Positions 27,735-38,372 are shown, counted from the stretch's first letter. The stretch: DNA of 64,000 nucleotides from Patescibacteria group bacterium (GCA_038063735.1 JBBTUN010000001.1:9751-73750); one strand, 5' to 3'. A program made the numbers and translations. Notes: a model not told the origin generated them from the letters alone.

Positions 27735-28837
27735 GTTAGTATATCTTTTAACCTATTTGATTTTACTGCTTCTTTGATTTCCATCGCGACTCTCCTGCCC
27801 ATACTTAAAGACTCTCCAAATAAGTATTTGCTGTATGGTGTTGCTGCAATTCCCGGGCTTCCGGGCATTCTGGGTGAAACGTCAAAAACAACTATCTCTT
27901 TTTTTGGCGGGCCAGGTGTTATTACAGATTGTAGGGAAAACGGACCTATTACTCCCGGTGCAAAAAGTTTTTTACAAGCCTTTACAAAATTTTCACCCGC
28001 AGCATGCGCCGGCTCCAGTAAAGATTCCAGCGAGGTGACTGCTATATGACCTGCTTCTTCATATTTAATATTGACTAAATTGTCCTTGAGAACCTTTTGC
28101 TGCAAATTGGAAGATAGTCTTAGAAGCCCGTCCAGATTTGTTTGTCTTCTTGTATCGGTTCCGATTAATTCCAAGCGATTTTTTATGGTTGAGTAAAAAA
28201 AGTTAAAATTTATTTGAACTCCTAAAACAAACTCTTCTATTACCGCGCTCTGAAGCGATTCATTAGTAATTAGACCTAAATTGAGTAGTCTTTGGGATTC
28301 ATGTAAATATCCTACAGGACTGTTTACTAGGAAAAAAGCTCTTTCGAACCCTCTTTCTTTTTCCGGTACCTTAACTATAACCAGCTTATCAATGTCTTTT
28401 GGATTTTTAAAAGCCTTTGGATATTTTATTCCCGCTTCATTCAATATATCGTACTGGTTTGGTTTTACGGTCCGCTCTTCTGAGCGCAGTAATTTTTTGT
28501 TTCCAAACATTGGAACTTTAAAATCATTTTCTATGGCATCGTAATCGTTTATGTAAACTTCGAAAGATCGATGGGGGATAAAGATGGAATTTTTGTTGAG
28601 AAGGATCTTTTGGTTATCGGCGTTGAGCAACTCTTTAAACTTGGATACTTCCAGTACCTCATCTACACATCCGATATCGCCTTGTGATTTGTAATAGTGC
28701 GAGTAAGTTTTGTCGCGACCTGGTTCAACTACTACAAGAGTCTTAAGGCCTTCATCCTTGGCACCGCGGCAAACGTCAAGGGCACTGTGGGACCCCAGGA
28801 CTGCTATTGTGTAATCTTTTATGCTTTTTGCTTTCAT
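27731..28837 (-). CDS. purP: archaeal-type FAICAR synthetase paralog 1 (ATP-grasp, formate-dependent)
   Basis: IAVLGSHSALDVCRGAKDEGL, FIPHRSFEVY, KVPMFGNKKLL and GVIGPFSLQSV align with the archaeal PurP as I remember it. Confidence 0.75.
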   Translation of the reverse strand: MKAKSIKDYTIAVLGSHSALDVCRGAKDEGLKTLVVVEPGRDKTYSHYYKSQGDIGCVDEVLEVSKFKELLNADNQKILLNKNSIFIPHRSFEVYINDYDAIENDFKVPMFGNKKLLRSEERTVKPNQYDILNEAGIKYPKAFKNPKDIDKLVIVKVPEKERGFERAFFLVNSPVGYLHESQRLLNLGLITNESLQSAVIEEFVLGVQINFNFFYSTIKNRLELIGTDTRRQTNLDGLLRLSSNLQQKVLKDNLVNIKYEEAGHIAVTSLESLLEPAHAAGENFVKACKKLFAPGVIGPFSLQSVITPGPPKKEIVVFDVSPRMPGSPGIAATPYSKYLFGESLSMGRRVAMEIKEAVKSNRLKDILT

Positions 28838-30108
28838 TTGTATATTACCTGACCTCTTTTTGGTCCTACCGAAATAAATTTAACAGGTACTCCTGTGTAT
28901 TTCTCTATTGCTTTGAGATAAATTTGTGCGTTTTTAGGTAATTTATCAAAAAATCTAACCGCCGTTATATCTTCTTTCCAACCTTTAAATTCCAGGTAAA
29001 CCGGCTTAATTTTTGCCAGACTTTGGGAATCATGCGGCGAGTATTGCACTTCTTTTGACCCTTGCTTATATTTTATGCAAAGTTTTAAAGATTTAAGACC
29101 GGATAAAACATCAAGTTTAGTGATCGCTAGTCCTGTTAATTTATTTGACTTTGCAGCGACTTTAACCAGAACCAAATCAAGCCAACCGGGGGAGCGCACA
29201 CGCCCTGTTGTCGTACCTACTTCCCTACCAATTTCTATTATTTTTTGGGCAATTTCCCCTTCCATTTTTGTAGGCATTGGTCCCCCTCCTACCCTGGTCG
29301 TGTAAGCTTTGGTTATCCCTATTACCTCTTTGATTTGGGTGGGGTGAATATCAAAACTCCTCCAAACGCCAACTACTCCGGGATTTGACGATGTAACGAA
29401 TGGGTATGTACCGGCATCTATATCTAAAAAATAACCCTGAGCACCTTCGAATAAAACATTTTTGCCGGAGTTTACTGCTTTCTGGACAATCGCAGATGTA
29501 GGGTGAATAAATTTTGAAATTCTTGCGGAGTATTTTTTGTAATCTTGATATACTTTGTCGGCATTTATTTTTAGATTAAAAAAAGCATTTTGGATTTTTA
29601 CCTCATCTGTAATTTTTTGCTTTAAATCTTTTGAACTTAGATCTTCTGCCAATAAACCTACCCTCTCTGTTCTGTCAGCATATGTTGGCCCTACGCCTCT
29701 GCCGGTTGTACCTACTTTGTTCGTGCGAAATTTTTCCCTTATTCCATCACGCATTTTATGCCAGGGCATTGTTAGTGACGCTTGCTCGTCGATTAATAAA
29801 TTTTTGTAAGATACTTTTGCTTTATCTAATTGATCTAATTCCCAGATTAAAGATTCAACATCAACTGCAACATTTCGACCAACAATACAGATTACACTTT
29901 TGTTAAAAATTCCGGACGGGATTATATGGAGCGCAAAATTTCCATACTGATTATTTACGGTGTGGCCCGTGTTTGATCCGCCATTATAGCGGGCAACAAT
30001 GTCGGCACGGTTGGACAGGTCATCAATTAACCGACCTTTGCCGGAGTCACCCCAATCGATACCCATTACAACTGTTGTTCCTTGCCAAGTTTTTAAATTG
30101 TTTTTCAT
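28834..30108 (-). CDS. purA: adenylosuccinate synthetase
   Basis: GIDWGDSGKGRLID and GGSNTGHTV. Confidence 0.9.
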   Translation of the reverse strand: MKNNLKTWQGTTVVMGIDWGDSGKGRLIDDLSNRADIVARYNGGSNTGHTVNNQYGNFALHIIPSGIFNKSVICIVGRNVAVDVESLIWELDQLDKAKVSYKNLLIDEQASLTMPWHKMRDGIREKFRTNKVGTTGRGVGPTYADRTERVGLLAEDLSSKDLKQKITDEVKIQNAFFNLKINADKVYQDYKKYSARISKFIHPTSAIVQKAVNSGKNVLFEGAQGYFLDIDAGTYPFVTSSNPGVVGVWRSFDIHPTQIKEVIGITKAYTTRVGGGPMPTKMEGEIAQKIIEIGREVGTTTGRVRSPGWLDLVLVKVAAKSNKLTGLAITKLDVLSGLKSLKLCIKYKQGSKEVQYSPHDSQSLAKIKPVYLEFKGWKEDITAVRFFDKLPKNAQIYLKAIEKYTGVPVKFISVGPKRGQVIYK

Positions 30109-31124
30109 CAGTCTAATATTTTTTTTAGTTGATTTTTCTTAATTGCTTCTTTAATTTCCATAGCAATCCGTCTGCCGGTTGAAACATCATTATCATAATA
30201 AAGCGAAGCATACGGCGAACCATTGATAAATAAATTTGTACCCGCAACTATCCGACAGGAAATTTCTATAATAGAGAATTTTTGTTCGGGAGTAATAATT
30301 GTTTCTAAACAAAATGGTCCCCAAATTCCCCTGTTATTAATTATCTTTTTGGACGACTCAATTACCCTTTCGCCCATTTCGTAAGCTTGGGCGAGCAGAG
30401 ATTCACGAAGCGCCAAAGGTGAATTACCAACAACTACAAAGCTTGGTTCGATTCCCAGACCCGTTTGGTTTTGGACCGGGATTCTTCCTAACGAATCAAC
30501 ATTTGTTTCGTAACGTTTATCGATAGAAAGTATCTGCAGTTCTTGATTTATTGGTGAATAAAAGTAGTGAATGTATACTGGGACCCCGATAACATATTCT
30601 TGGACAATAAAATTTTTTGGTTTATATTTTTTTATTCTTCTATCAAAGTCGCTTTGGGTTTTAGCAAAGAAGTAGCCATGCCCGCCTGATGCTCCAAAAG
30701 ATTTTACAATAACCGGCCTATCAATTTTATCGCCTTTTTTGAATCTTTTCGGAATTGGAATAGCGGCATCCAGCATCCATTCCCTCTGAAGTTTTCTGTC
30801 CGATTCCCAATCTAAAACAGCCTTGTTGCCAAAATAAGGGACTTTCATTTTCTTATTTTCTTCGAGCCCTAAATAAGCAACAAAAGAACCGTGAGGAATG
30901 ATAATTGCGTTTTGATTGATTAAGTCTTTTTCTATATTTGGAAACTGTGCGTGATTTTTTATTTCTATGATTTTGTCTATGAATTTAAAACGCCTATAAA
31001 GCGCTATTTTATCTGGAGTGCAAATAAGGATTGCTTCGAAGCCTTCGTCGCGAGCGCCTTTTAAAATTTGAAGAGCAGAGTGCGAGCAAAGAGTAGCGAT
31101 CTTATACTTTTTTAGTGCCGCCAT
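30108..31124 (-). CDS. purP: archaeal-type FAICAR synthetase paralog 2
   Basis: IATLCSHSALQILKGARDEGF, IPHGSFVAYLG, VPYFGNKAVLDWESDRKL and ILSIDKRYETNVDSLGRIP. Very close to the archaeal PurP consensus. Confidence 0.8.
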   Translation of the reverse strand: MAALKKYKIATLCSHSALQILKGARDEGFEAILICTPDKIALYRRFKFIDKIIEIKNHAQFPNIEKDLINQNAIIIPHGSFVAYLGLEENKKMKVPYFGNKAVLDWESDRKLQREWMLDAAIPIPKRFKKGDKIDRPVIVKSFGASGGHGYFFAKTQSDFDRRIKKYKPKNFIVQEYVIGVPVYIHYFYSPINQELQILSIDKRYETNVDSLGRIPVQNQTGLGIEPSFVVVGNSPLALRESLLAQAYEMGERVIESSKKIINNRGIWGPFCLETIITPEQKFSIIEISCRIVAGTNLFINGSPYASLYYDNDVSTGRRIAMEIKEAIKKNQLKKILD

Positions 31125-31206
31125 CCGTGAATTATATAGGAATTGTGGCTAAAATGCAAAAAGGCGAACTTGGTCCTTGATTTTAAGGTGGCTATAATGT
31201 AGTCTA

Positions 31207-31710
31207 ATGCACAAAGTTGCAATGGCAGTTAAAAGAAAACTAACAAAAATCGAGGATAAAAGCGTAAAAGCAACTGCCCAAACAAGCAAGCCAATACTCC
31301 TGGCGGTTTCGTCTATAAGAATGACGATCGCAAAGATCGCATCTTTTCAGATGGTATCCCAATTATTATCAACAGTATTTTATATTATATGGATTTTGGT
31401 TGGAATATTTTTTCTTTGGTTTATAGTTGCAAATTTCAGAGTGGGTGCATTTGATCAATTGATATCAAGACCGCAGCCCGTTAGTCAAACACCAGATCAA
31501 TCTCAAACTCCAGCAGAAACTGCAGTACCGGGTATTGGTAAAGTAAATGTAGCGTGTGTGCAAAAAAACTTAAGCGAGGAATCGATTGTAAAAATGGTTC
31601 AGGAAAAAAGTGATAAGAGTTTATCTGACGATGAAAAGAAAAAACTTGCAGAGTGTGTACTAGAGAAGGCTTCTCCAGTGACACAAGCTTCACCGTCACC
31701 AAAGCAGTAA
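31207..31710 (+). CDS. hypothetical membrane protein inserted antisense in the pur operon
   Basis: 167-aa ORF with one TM helix and a Pro/Ser/Thr-rich segment. Confidence 0.4.
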   Translation: MHKVAMAVKRKLTKIEDKSVKATAQTSKPILLAVSSIRMTIAKIASFQMVSQLLSTVFYIIWILVGIFFLWFIVANFRVGAFDQLISRPQPVSQTPDQSQTPAETAVPGIGKVNVACVQKNLSEESIVKMVQEKSDKSLSDDEKKKLAECVLEKASPVTQASPSPKQ

Positions 31711-31721
31711 CTGTTAGCTCC

Positions 31722-32819
31722 TTATCTCAAATCCAGAGTTTGCGCAGAAAAAGTAATGTTTTTGGGTTTAATAATAACTTGTCTTTCGCCTTTTTCGATA
31801 AAGCCGGCATCAAGTGGTAAAAATTTATTTTTTGAAATGATATTCATTGTTTTTTCTACGTCATTTTTACCAACGAACAGTGCGTAGTCCTGGCCCATGT
31901 TATATGTATCGTAAATTTCCGGATCTGTTAAACTCGCCTGCTCTTGAATAAAAACGAAGATTTCCTGTGGTGTAAATATTTTTTCGATAACATATGTAAA
32001 GTTTCCTCTTGCTCTCATAACTTTTCTAAGTCCATGGCCTGTGATGTTAGAAATATAGTGAATGTTTATATTCGAATCAAGAAGTTCTTGAATTAGGTGC
32101 GCGTATATATTAGTCTTTGTTAAAATCTCTTCTCCGTAAATTTTCCCGCTGGGTAGTTTTGTCCCGTAACCTTTTTTTAATTTTTTGGAAACTGCCCGTG
32201 CCAGAGACAGTCCGTTTGCGTTGATTCCATTGGATTTTATAAAAATTATTCTATCGCCAGCTTTTAATTTATCGTCCGTGATTAAATATTTCTTATTCTT
32301 TATAAGCCCGATTGCGCTACCACCAAGATCTATCGTATTCTTTTCCACTATACCTTTAAGAGTTGGTGTTTCTCCGCCACCCCATGTTGCACCGGAAATT
32401 CGACACGCACTCGCCCACCCTAAAATTAAATCTGACATCCTTTTTTCGTCTAACAACCAGGCGTTGTCTTCTATTGCCCAGTACGCATGCAGGACAAGAG
32501 GCTTTGCACCAACAGAAATTAAATCGTTAATAATTGATGCAACCGTATCGTGGCCAATGATATCGTAATAAGTTTTTCCAGTAATTTTTCTTGTTTCGTC
32601 TGCAACCAAATTTTTTGTTCCTAAGCCTTCAACCACCGATGCCAGCAGTTGTTTTCCAACTTGCCATACAAAAGCGGATTCCCCACGGGATTTAGTAATT
32701 TCACTAAAATTGGCATTTTCGATTTTTGTTTCTCGGGCTGCAACTTGCGCCAGTTTTTTAATGGGATCTTTTGTATCGTAGTTGTCTCCCACCTTGGAGT
32801 AAGTTATTTTTTTATTCAT
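31722..32819 (-). CDS. purM: AIR synthetase (phosphoribosylformylglycinamidine cyclo-ligase)
   Basis: EGLGTKNLVA. The start is trimmed to the internal ATG (MNKKITYSKVGDNYD...), which gives an ATGA overlap with purQ. The ORF track extends to 32900. Confidence 0.8.
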   Translation of the reverse strand: MNKKITYSKVGDNYDTKDPIKKLAQVAARETKIENANFSEITKSRGESAFVWQVGKQLLASVVEGLGTKNLVADETRKITGKTYYDIIGHDTVASIINDLISVGAKPLVLHAYWAIEDNAWLLDEKRMSDLILGWASACRISGATWGGGETPTLKGIVEKNTIDLGGSAIGLIKNKKYLITDDKLKAGDRIIFIKSNGINANGLSLARAVSKKLKKGYGTKLPSGKIYGEEILTKTNIYAHLIQELLDSNINIHYISNITGHGLRKVMRARGNFTYVIEKIFTPQEIFVFIQEQASLTDPEIYDTYNMGQDYALFVGKNDVEKTMNIISKNKFLPLDAGFIEKGERQVIIKPKNITFSAQTLDLR

Positions 32820-33604
32820 GAGTGACTTGCAAATTTTACCAAATTGTCGAAAATATACTTTCCGGTTAAATTTATTTCTGATTTTTGAAATCTTCGCCAA
32901 TTTGGATGTTGCGTAACATCCACAAGTTTCTCCGGATGAGGCATCATACCAAAAATTCTCCCGGTTGGGTCACAAAGTCCTGCTATTGCTTTGATGGAAC
33001 CACTTGGGTTGTATGGATAATTTTGAGTCTGGTTACCGTTTCGGTCAATATATCGGGCTACTACCAAATTATCTTTTTCTATTTTGTTAATAATTTTATT
33101 TGGTGCCAGTAATTTGCCTTCGCCATGATTAACTGCTATGTCCAGTCCATCTTTGGGTAGGCTAACCTTGTTGAGAAAAATGCACTTACTCTCTTCCAGC
33201 TTAATTTTGACCCACCTGCATTCAAAATGTCCACTTTCGTTTTGGGCGAGCGTAACATTCATTTTGCCTATTTTGTTGTATGGTAATAAACCCGTCCGGA
33301 CTAATGTTTGGAAACCGTTACATATGCCGAGAATTAAGCCTCTTTGGTTAATAAACTCTTCTAGCTGATTTTTTAAAAAAGAAATTAATTCGATAGCAAG
33401 AATTTTGCCACTAGCTAAATCGTCTCCGTATGAGAATCCTCCCGGCAGAGCAAGTATTTGGAAGTCCTTTAATTTCTTTGATTTATCCCTTAATTCATTT
33501 ACTTGAACAAACTTGGGATTACCTCCAAATTTTTCAAAAGCGTAATAAAGCTCTTGGTCACAATTGGTTCCATCGCTTCTTAATATGCAAACTTTAGGCT
33601 TCAT
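32816..33604 (-). CDS. purQ: FGAM synthase, glutaminase subunit
   Basis: MKPKVCILRSDGTNCD...LALPGGFSYGDD. The start is trimmed to 33604, giving an ATGA overlap with purL. The ORF track extends to 33637. Confidence 0.85.
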   Translation of the reverse strand: MKPKVCILRSDGTNCDQELYYAFEKFGGNPKFVQVNELRDKSKKLKDFQILALPGGFSYGDDLASGKILAIELISFLKNQLEEFINQRGLILGICNGFQTLVRTGLLPYNKIGKMNVTLAQNESGHFECRWVKIKLEESKCIFLNKVSLPKDGLDIAVNHGEGKLLAPNKIINKIEKDNLVVARYIDRNGNQTQNYPYNPSGSIKAIAGLCDPTGRIFGMMPHPEKLVDVTQHPNWRRFQKSEINLTGKYIFDNLVKFASHS

Positions 33605-36435
33605 GAATGGAATATCTCCTTCATGGGTTTTTGCCATACCTGCTTTAGCTTATCAACTGATATGCTTACAATTTGTTTCTTACCGGATTTAATCTTGATA
33701 GTTTTTTCTTTTTGAGTCTTTCCAATTATTTTGTGTGGAATTTTGGAAAACAAACTTTTTGTCGCTTTTTCATCTTTTACCTCTAACAAAAATGTTCCCG
33801 GTGTTTCTGAAAACAAGATAAATTCACTTCTTGTTTTCTTGTCTATTTGTGATAGGTCAATTGAAGCACCACAGGCTCCTCCAAAACACATTTCCGAAAT
33901 GGCAGATATTAAACCGCCTTCAGAAATGTCGTGTATAGATAATATCTTGCCGGACTTTGCCGAAGCAGTTATTGTCGATAGGACTTTTGGTAACAATTTA
34001 AGGTCTACTTGGGGAATTTTTGCTGATTTTGACCCAGTGATGTCAAAATAAATTGTGCCTCCTAAGTTTTTGAGATCACTTTTTCCTACCAAAACAACTA
34101 TAGAGTTTGTGGATTTAAAATCTGAGGAAATTGTTTTTGATACATCGGGGATTTTCCCAAAAACGGATATTAAAAGAACCGGTGGAATTTTTAAAGTTTT
34201 TCCATCTGGGTAACGATATGTTGATGATAGGCTATCTTTACCGGAGACAAAAGGCATTTTTAGTAAATTTGCGAAATCCACACACGCATCAACAGATTTA
34301 TCCAGATCGGCTAAAGACTCCTCGTCCGGAAATGGCCAAATAAAATTATCTATTAAGGCTGCGTCTTTTAAATCTCCGCCTATGGCCACATAATTTGAAA
34401 CTGCTTCCGTTAGCGCCCAGATACTGCCCCAATAAATATCTATATTGTTAAGAACAGGATTTAAGCCGTGAGTTGTTATTACCCCGTAAGGTTTGGACAA
34501 CATTGGCTTGATTGCCACACCATCGTTTGGAGCATCAAGATCTGCTCCAGAAAATGGATAAAGGGCTGTTGTTCCTTGAACATTATGGTCGTACATCCTG
34601 ACAATTGGTTCTTTAGATGCAATATTTGGATGAGAAATTATTTTTTTAATGATTGATTCGTAGTCTTTAATTTTTTTTGGCAATTCTTCATTTATCTTTA
34701 TTGATTTTGACCTTCCAACCATATGCCTCTGGGGAAGACCATTGTGTAAAAATTGCATTGACAAATTTGCAACCATCTCCTTTTTGTAATTTATTATTAG
34801 TTTATTTGAGTTGGTAATTTTGCCGATTTGGGCAAAAGGAACGTTGTACAAGTCACAAATTTTTTCTACATTTTTTAAATTCTTTCCTGATATTGCTATA
34901 ACCATTCTTTCTTGTGATTCAGATAAAAATATTTCCCATGGAGCAAGGTTTGGATATTTTAATGGTACCTTTGCAAGTTGAATTTCTGCTCCAGTTTTCT
35001 TGGCCATTTCTCCTACCGCCGATGAAAAACCGCCTGCTCCACAATCCGTAATTGATGAGATCAAGTTTTGATTTTCCATTATTAAAATTGCATCAATCAC
35101 CCTTTTTTCCTCAATCGCATTCCCAATTTGCACCGCGCTTCCGGATATATTCATTGTTTTGTCCGACATTTCTGCCGATGAAAATGTCGCTCCATGTATG
35201 CCATCCCTTCCGGTTGCCCCACCCATAGTTATGATTAAATCTCCAATTTGTGGTTCTTTTTTAGTAGCACTCTTTTTGGGCAATACTCCATATGATCCAA
35301 CGGCGACGGTTGGTTTTGCCCTAAAATCATTATGAAAATGAATAGACCCATTGTTTGTCGGGATGCCTACCCTGTTTCCATAGTCCCTAACTCCTGCAAC
35401 AACTCTTCTTAAAAGGTAGGCCGGGGGTAAACAGCCTGGAGGAGTGTTTATGGAGTCCATGTCCGGATTTGCAAAGCAAAATATATCGGTCGAAATTATG
35501 GGTTTTGCCCCTTGACCTGTTCCTAAAATATCCCGGAAAACCCCGCCGGAACCGGTCATTGCGCCACCATATGGTTCAATTGCCGATGGGCTATTGTGTG
35601 TTTCCACTTTTCCGTTTATCGCATACCCATCATAAAAATCAATAACGCCTGAGTTGTCGACAAAAGCGCTTATAATTATTTTCTTATTGTTTTTAGCGGT
35701 TGATTTTATTCTTTCAAACAACGGCTTTTTTAGCTTACCGTCAATTGTTAATTTTGCGTTAAATGTCTTATGGACACAGTGTTCGCTCCAAGTTTGTGCA
35801 AGAATTTCTATTTCACAATCTGTTGGATCCCTATTAATTTTTTGAAAATATGCTCTTATTATTTTCATTTCTTCAAGGTTTAAAAATAACTTGTCTTTTG
35901 AAAGTTGCATAAGTTTTAGATCGTTAAGTTTTCTTATCGGAATTATTTTTGTTTTTTGAGGTTCTCCGCCGATTACTAGAGTTTTTGGTGGGGTTTTGAC
36001 TATATGTTCAACAGTTTTATTTACCAGTAATTTGTTTATTATTTCACTAATTAGATTTTCATTTACTTTTCCAAAAAAAGCATATTCGTAAGAAGAATCG
36101 GCTGCGAGTAATTTTATGCCAAGGTCGCTAGCCGCTTTAGTAATTGATGCAACCTCTGGATTCATAACACCCGGTTTATAGGCAACCTCTACAGTTTTAT
36201 TAGCTTTGTAAATAGGTTTTCTGTAGGATATTATTTGATCGATTGGTTCGTAAAGGGCTTTTTCTGCTAACTTTTTAACATCTCTTTGAGAAATTCCCTC
36301 AAGCCTGTAAACTTTTGAGGTTTTGATACTTGTTATCGAATTATTTTTGAATGTTCTTTTTATTTCCGCGAGAAGTTCTTGTCCTTTTGAATCTGTCTTA
36401 CCGCTTGAGGCTATTCTAATGGTTGCGATCATCAA
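33601..36435 (-). CDS. purL: FGAM synthase II with an N-terminal PurS-like domain (purS-purL fusion)
   Basis: 944 aa. The first ~85 aa are PurS-like and the rest is PurL (two AIRS-like repeats). Confidence 0.8.
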   Translation of the reverse strand: MMIATIRIASSGKTDSKGQELLAEIKRTFKNNSITSIKTSKVYRLEGISQRDVKKLAEKALYEPIDQIISYRKPIYKANKTVEVAYKPGVMNPEVASITKAASDLGIKLLAADSSYEYAFFGKVNENLISEIINKLLVNKTVEHIVKTPPKTLVIGGEPQKTKIIPIRKLNDLKLMQLSKDKLFLNLEEMKIIRAYFQKINRDPTDCEIEILAQTWSEHCVHKTFNAKLTIDGKLKKPLFERIKSTAKNNKKIIISAFVDNSGVIDFYDGYAINGKVETHNSPSAIEPYGGAMTGSGGVFRDILGTGQGAKPIISTDIFCFANPDMDSINTPPGCLPPAYLLRRVVAGVRDYGNRVGIPTNNGSIHFHNDFRAKPTVAVGSYGVLPKKSATKKEPQIGDLIITMGGATGRDGIHGATFSSAEMSDKTMNISGSAVQIGNAIEEKRVIDAILIMENQNLISSITDCGAGGFSSAVGEMAKKTGAEIQLAKVPLKYPNLAPWEIFLSESQERMVIAISGKNLKNVEKICDLYNVPFAQIGKITNSNKLIINYKKEMVANLSMQFLHNGLPQRHMVGRSKSIKINEELPKKIKDYESIIKKIISHPNIASKEPIVRMYDHNVQGTTALYPFSGADLDAPNDGVAIKPMLSKPYGVITTHGLNPVLNNIDIYWGSIWALTEAVSNYVAIGGDLKDAALIDNFIWPFPDEESLADLDKSVDACVDFANLLKMPFVSGKDSLSSTYRYPDGKTLKIPPVLLISVFGKIPDVSKTISSDFKSTNSIVVLVGKSDLKNLGGTIYFDITGSKSAKIPQVDLKLLPKVLSTITASAKSGKILSIHDISEGGLISAISEMCFGGACGASIDLSQIDKKTRSEFILFSETPGTFLLEVKDEKATKSLFSKIPHKIIGKTQKEKTIKIKSGKKQIVSISVDKLKQVWQKPMKEIFHS

Positions 36436-36479
36436 GCAAGATTTTTCCTTATAATTAGATAATACATAGTGTTTTTACT

Positions 36480-38372
36480 CTAAGATCTGTTAAGGTCATG
36501 GTATCCAATGTCTTTGCGGTAGTGCAATAGACCATGGCCTATTTTTATTTTAGAAAGCGCATTATAGGCTATTTTCCGTGCTTGCGCAACATCTTTGCCT
36601 TCTCCAAGTATATAAAGCAGCCTACCTCCTGCTGCAACCCAGTTATCATTTGATTTTTTTATGCCGGCACCATAAATTCTGATTTTTTCTGATAAAAGTT
36701 TTTTTAGTCCAACAATTTCCCTACCTAAGACTTTTGAATAATCACCTGGATAGCCTTTTGAAGTTGCAGCAACAACGACACGGTATAGGTCGTCCCTTTT
36801 TATTTTTGATATTTTTCCTTTTTGCGCCTTATCAATGAGCTTAAAGTAGTCATTTCTAATTGACGGAAGAAGCACTTGTGCTTCCGGATCACCCCACCTA
36901 GCATTAAATTCGATAATCCAGACTTTTTGATTTTCATCAACCATTCCACCCAAATATAAAATCCCCGTGTACGGTCTTTTTAGATAATACAGACCTTCAA
37001 CTGTTTTTTTGATGATCACTTTGACCTGAAACTTAACTTTATCGGTTACGACTTGGGGTGGCGAAGAACAACCCATACCGCCGGTATTTCCCCCCTTGTT
37101 GTTATCAAAAACTGTTTTGTGGTCTTGGGCATAACCGATGATTTCAAACTTTTTTCCGGAAACAACCGCAAATGCCGAAAACTCTTCCCCTTCTAGGCAC
37201 TCTTCTATTAAATAAGTTTTACCGGAAGTACCAAATTTTCTCATTGTTTTGATAGCTTGTTGAGCTGCCTTGTTATTTTTTGCGAAAATTGCCCCTTTGC
37301 CGGCTGCCAAACCCGACGCTTTTATGTACCATTTAGAATCTTTTTGATTTTTTATAAATGCCAGCCCTTCACCGGTGGATTTGCAGACTTTATATTTTGG
37401 ATTTGGAAGGTGTAATTTTTCCATGAAATTTCTGCTCCAGGCTTTATCCCATTCAATTTGTCCCGATTTTTTTGTGGACCCAAAAACATTAAAACCTGAT
37501 GCTTTTAATGCGTCAGTAAGGCCGGCAGCTACAGCATCATCCTGGGCGACATCAACAAGATCGACTTTCTGTTCTGTGGCTATCTTTACGATATTTTTAA
37601 TATCTGTTGTTTTTACGTCTGGATATGTTTCTATGCCTTGAACAAACTTCATAAAATCGTTACCCGGAATAGCAAGCACTTTACCGACCTGATCACTCTG
37701 TAAATATTTTTCGCAGAGCACGGATCCCCTTCCTCCGCCATCTACAACCATGACAGTTTTTCCCCTTAACGGTTTGTTCGTTAGGCCTTGAAGAGCTTCA
37801 ATATATATCTGGTGCTCATTGTCTTTAAGTCTTGCGTAAAGAGTTTCTACAGTATCGTTTTTCTCAATTTTTACAAAGGTTCTTGCTAAAACCGGCCCGA
37901 AGTCGAATTCTTTAGTTAGAAAATGAATTGAGGAACCGGCATATGTTGATTTTTTGTCTAAGAAATTGTGGATGGCTTTTTTAGTCAACAGTCCTTTATT
38001 CCATAGGGCTTGAGTACCGTCGGGCGCAAGAACATTGGATGTTAGTGAGTCTGGGATTAAGCCGGGATGGAGATTAAGGATCTGGTCCGGATAAGATTCA
38101 ATTACCTGGTCTAAAATTATTTGTTTCCAGCCGGCAAGCGCTATAAAATCCGGCCTTATTTTCTGAAGTACTTCGAGCAAGTCTTGTTTATTTGCACAAA
38201 TTTTAATTGGAATTTTACTTTTTCTTGCATATTTTAATCCGTGCGCACGTTTTGTATCGCTAACTACTGCGACAATTTTTGCATTAATTTTTTTTGAATT
38301 TACTGCGCCAATTATCGCTCGTAAATTTGAACCTTTGCCAACATCGGAAATTAAAACAGCTAAACGCTTCAT
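36480..38372 (-). CDS. purND: bifunctional GAR formyltransferase / GAR synthetase (purN-purD fusion)
   Basis: The N-terminal ~190 aa are PurN (MKRLAVLISDVGKGSNLRAII...NLHPGLIP). The C-terminal ~430 aa are PurD ATP-grasp. Confidence 0.8.
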   Translation of the reverse strand: MKRLAVLISDVGKGSNLRAIIGAVNSKKINAKIVAVVSDTKRAHGLKYARKSKIPIKICANKQDLLEVLQKIRPDFIALAGWKQIILDQVIESYPDQILNLHPGLIPDSLTSNVLAPDGTQALWNKGLLTKKAIHNFLDKKSTYAGSSIHFLTKEFDFGPVLARTFVKIEKNDTVETLYARLKDNEHQIYIEALQGLTNKPLRGKTVMVVDGGGRGSVLCEKYLQSDQVGKVLAIPGNDFMKFVQGIETYPDVKTTDIKNIVKIATEQKVDLVDVAQDDAVAAGLTDALKASGFNVFGSTKKSGQIEWDKAWSRNFMEKLHLPNPKYKVCKSTGEGLAFIKNQKDSKWYIKASGLAAGKGAIFAKNNKAAQQAIKTMRKFGTSGKTYLIEECLEGEEFSAFAVVSGKKFEIIGYAQDHKTVFDNNKGGNTGGMGCSSPPQVVTDKVKFQVKVIIKKTVEGLYYLKRPYTGILYLGGMVDENQKVWIIEFNARWGDPEAQVLLPSIRNDYFKLIDKAQKGKISKIKRDDLYRVVVAATSKGYPGDYSKVLGREIVGLKKLLSEKIRIYGAGIKKSNDNWVAAGGRLLYILGEGKDVAQARKIAYNALSKIKIGHGLLHYRKDIGYHDLNRS

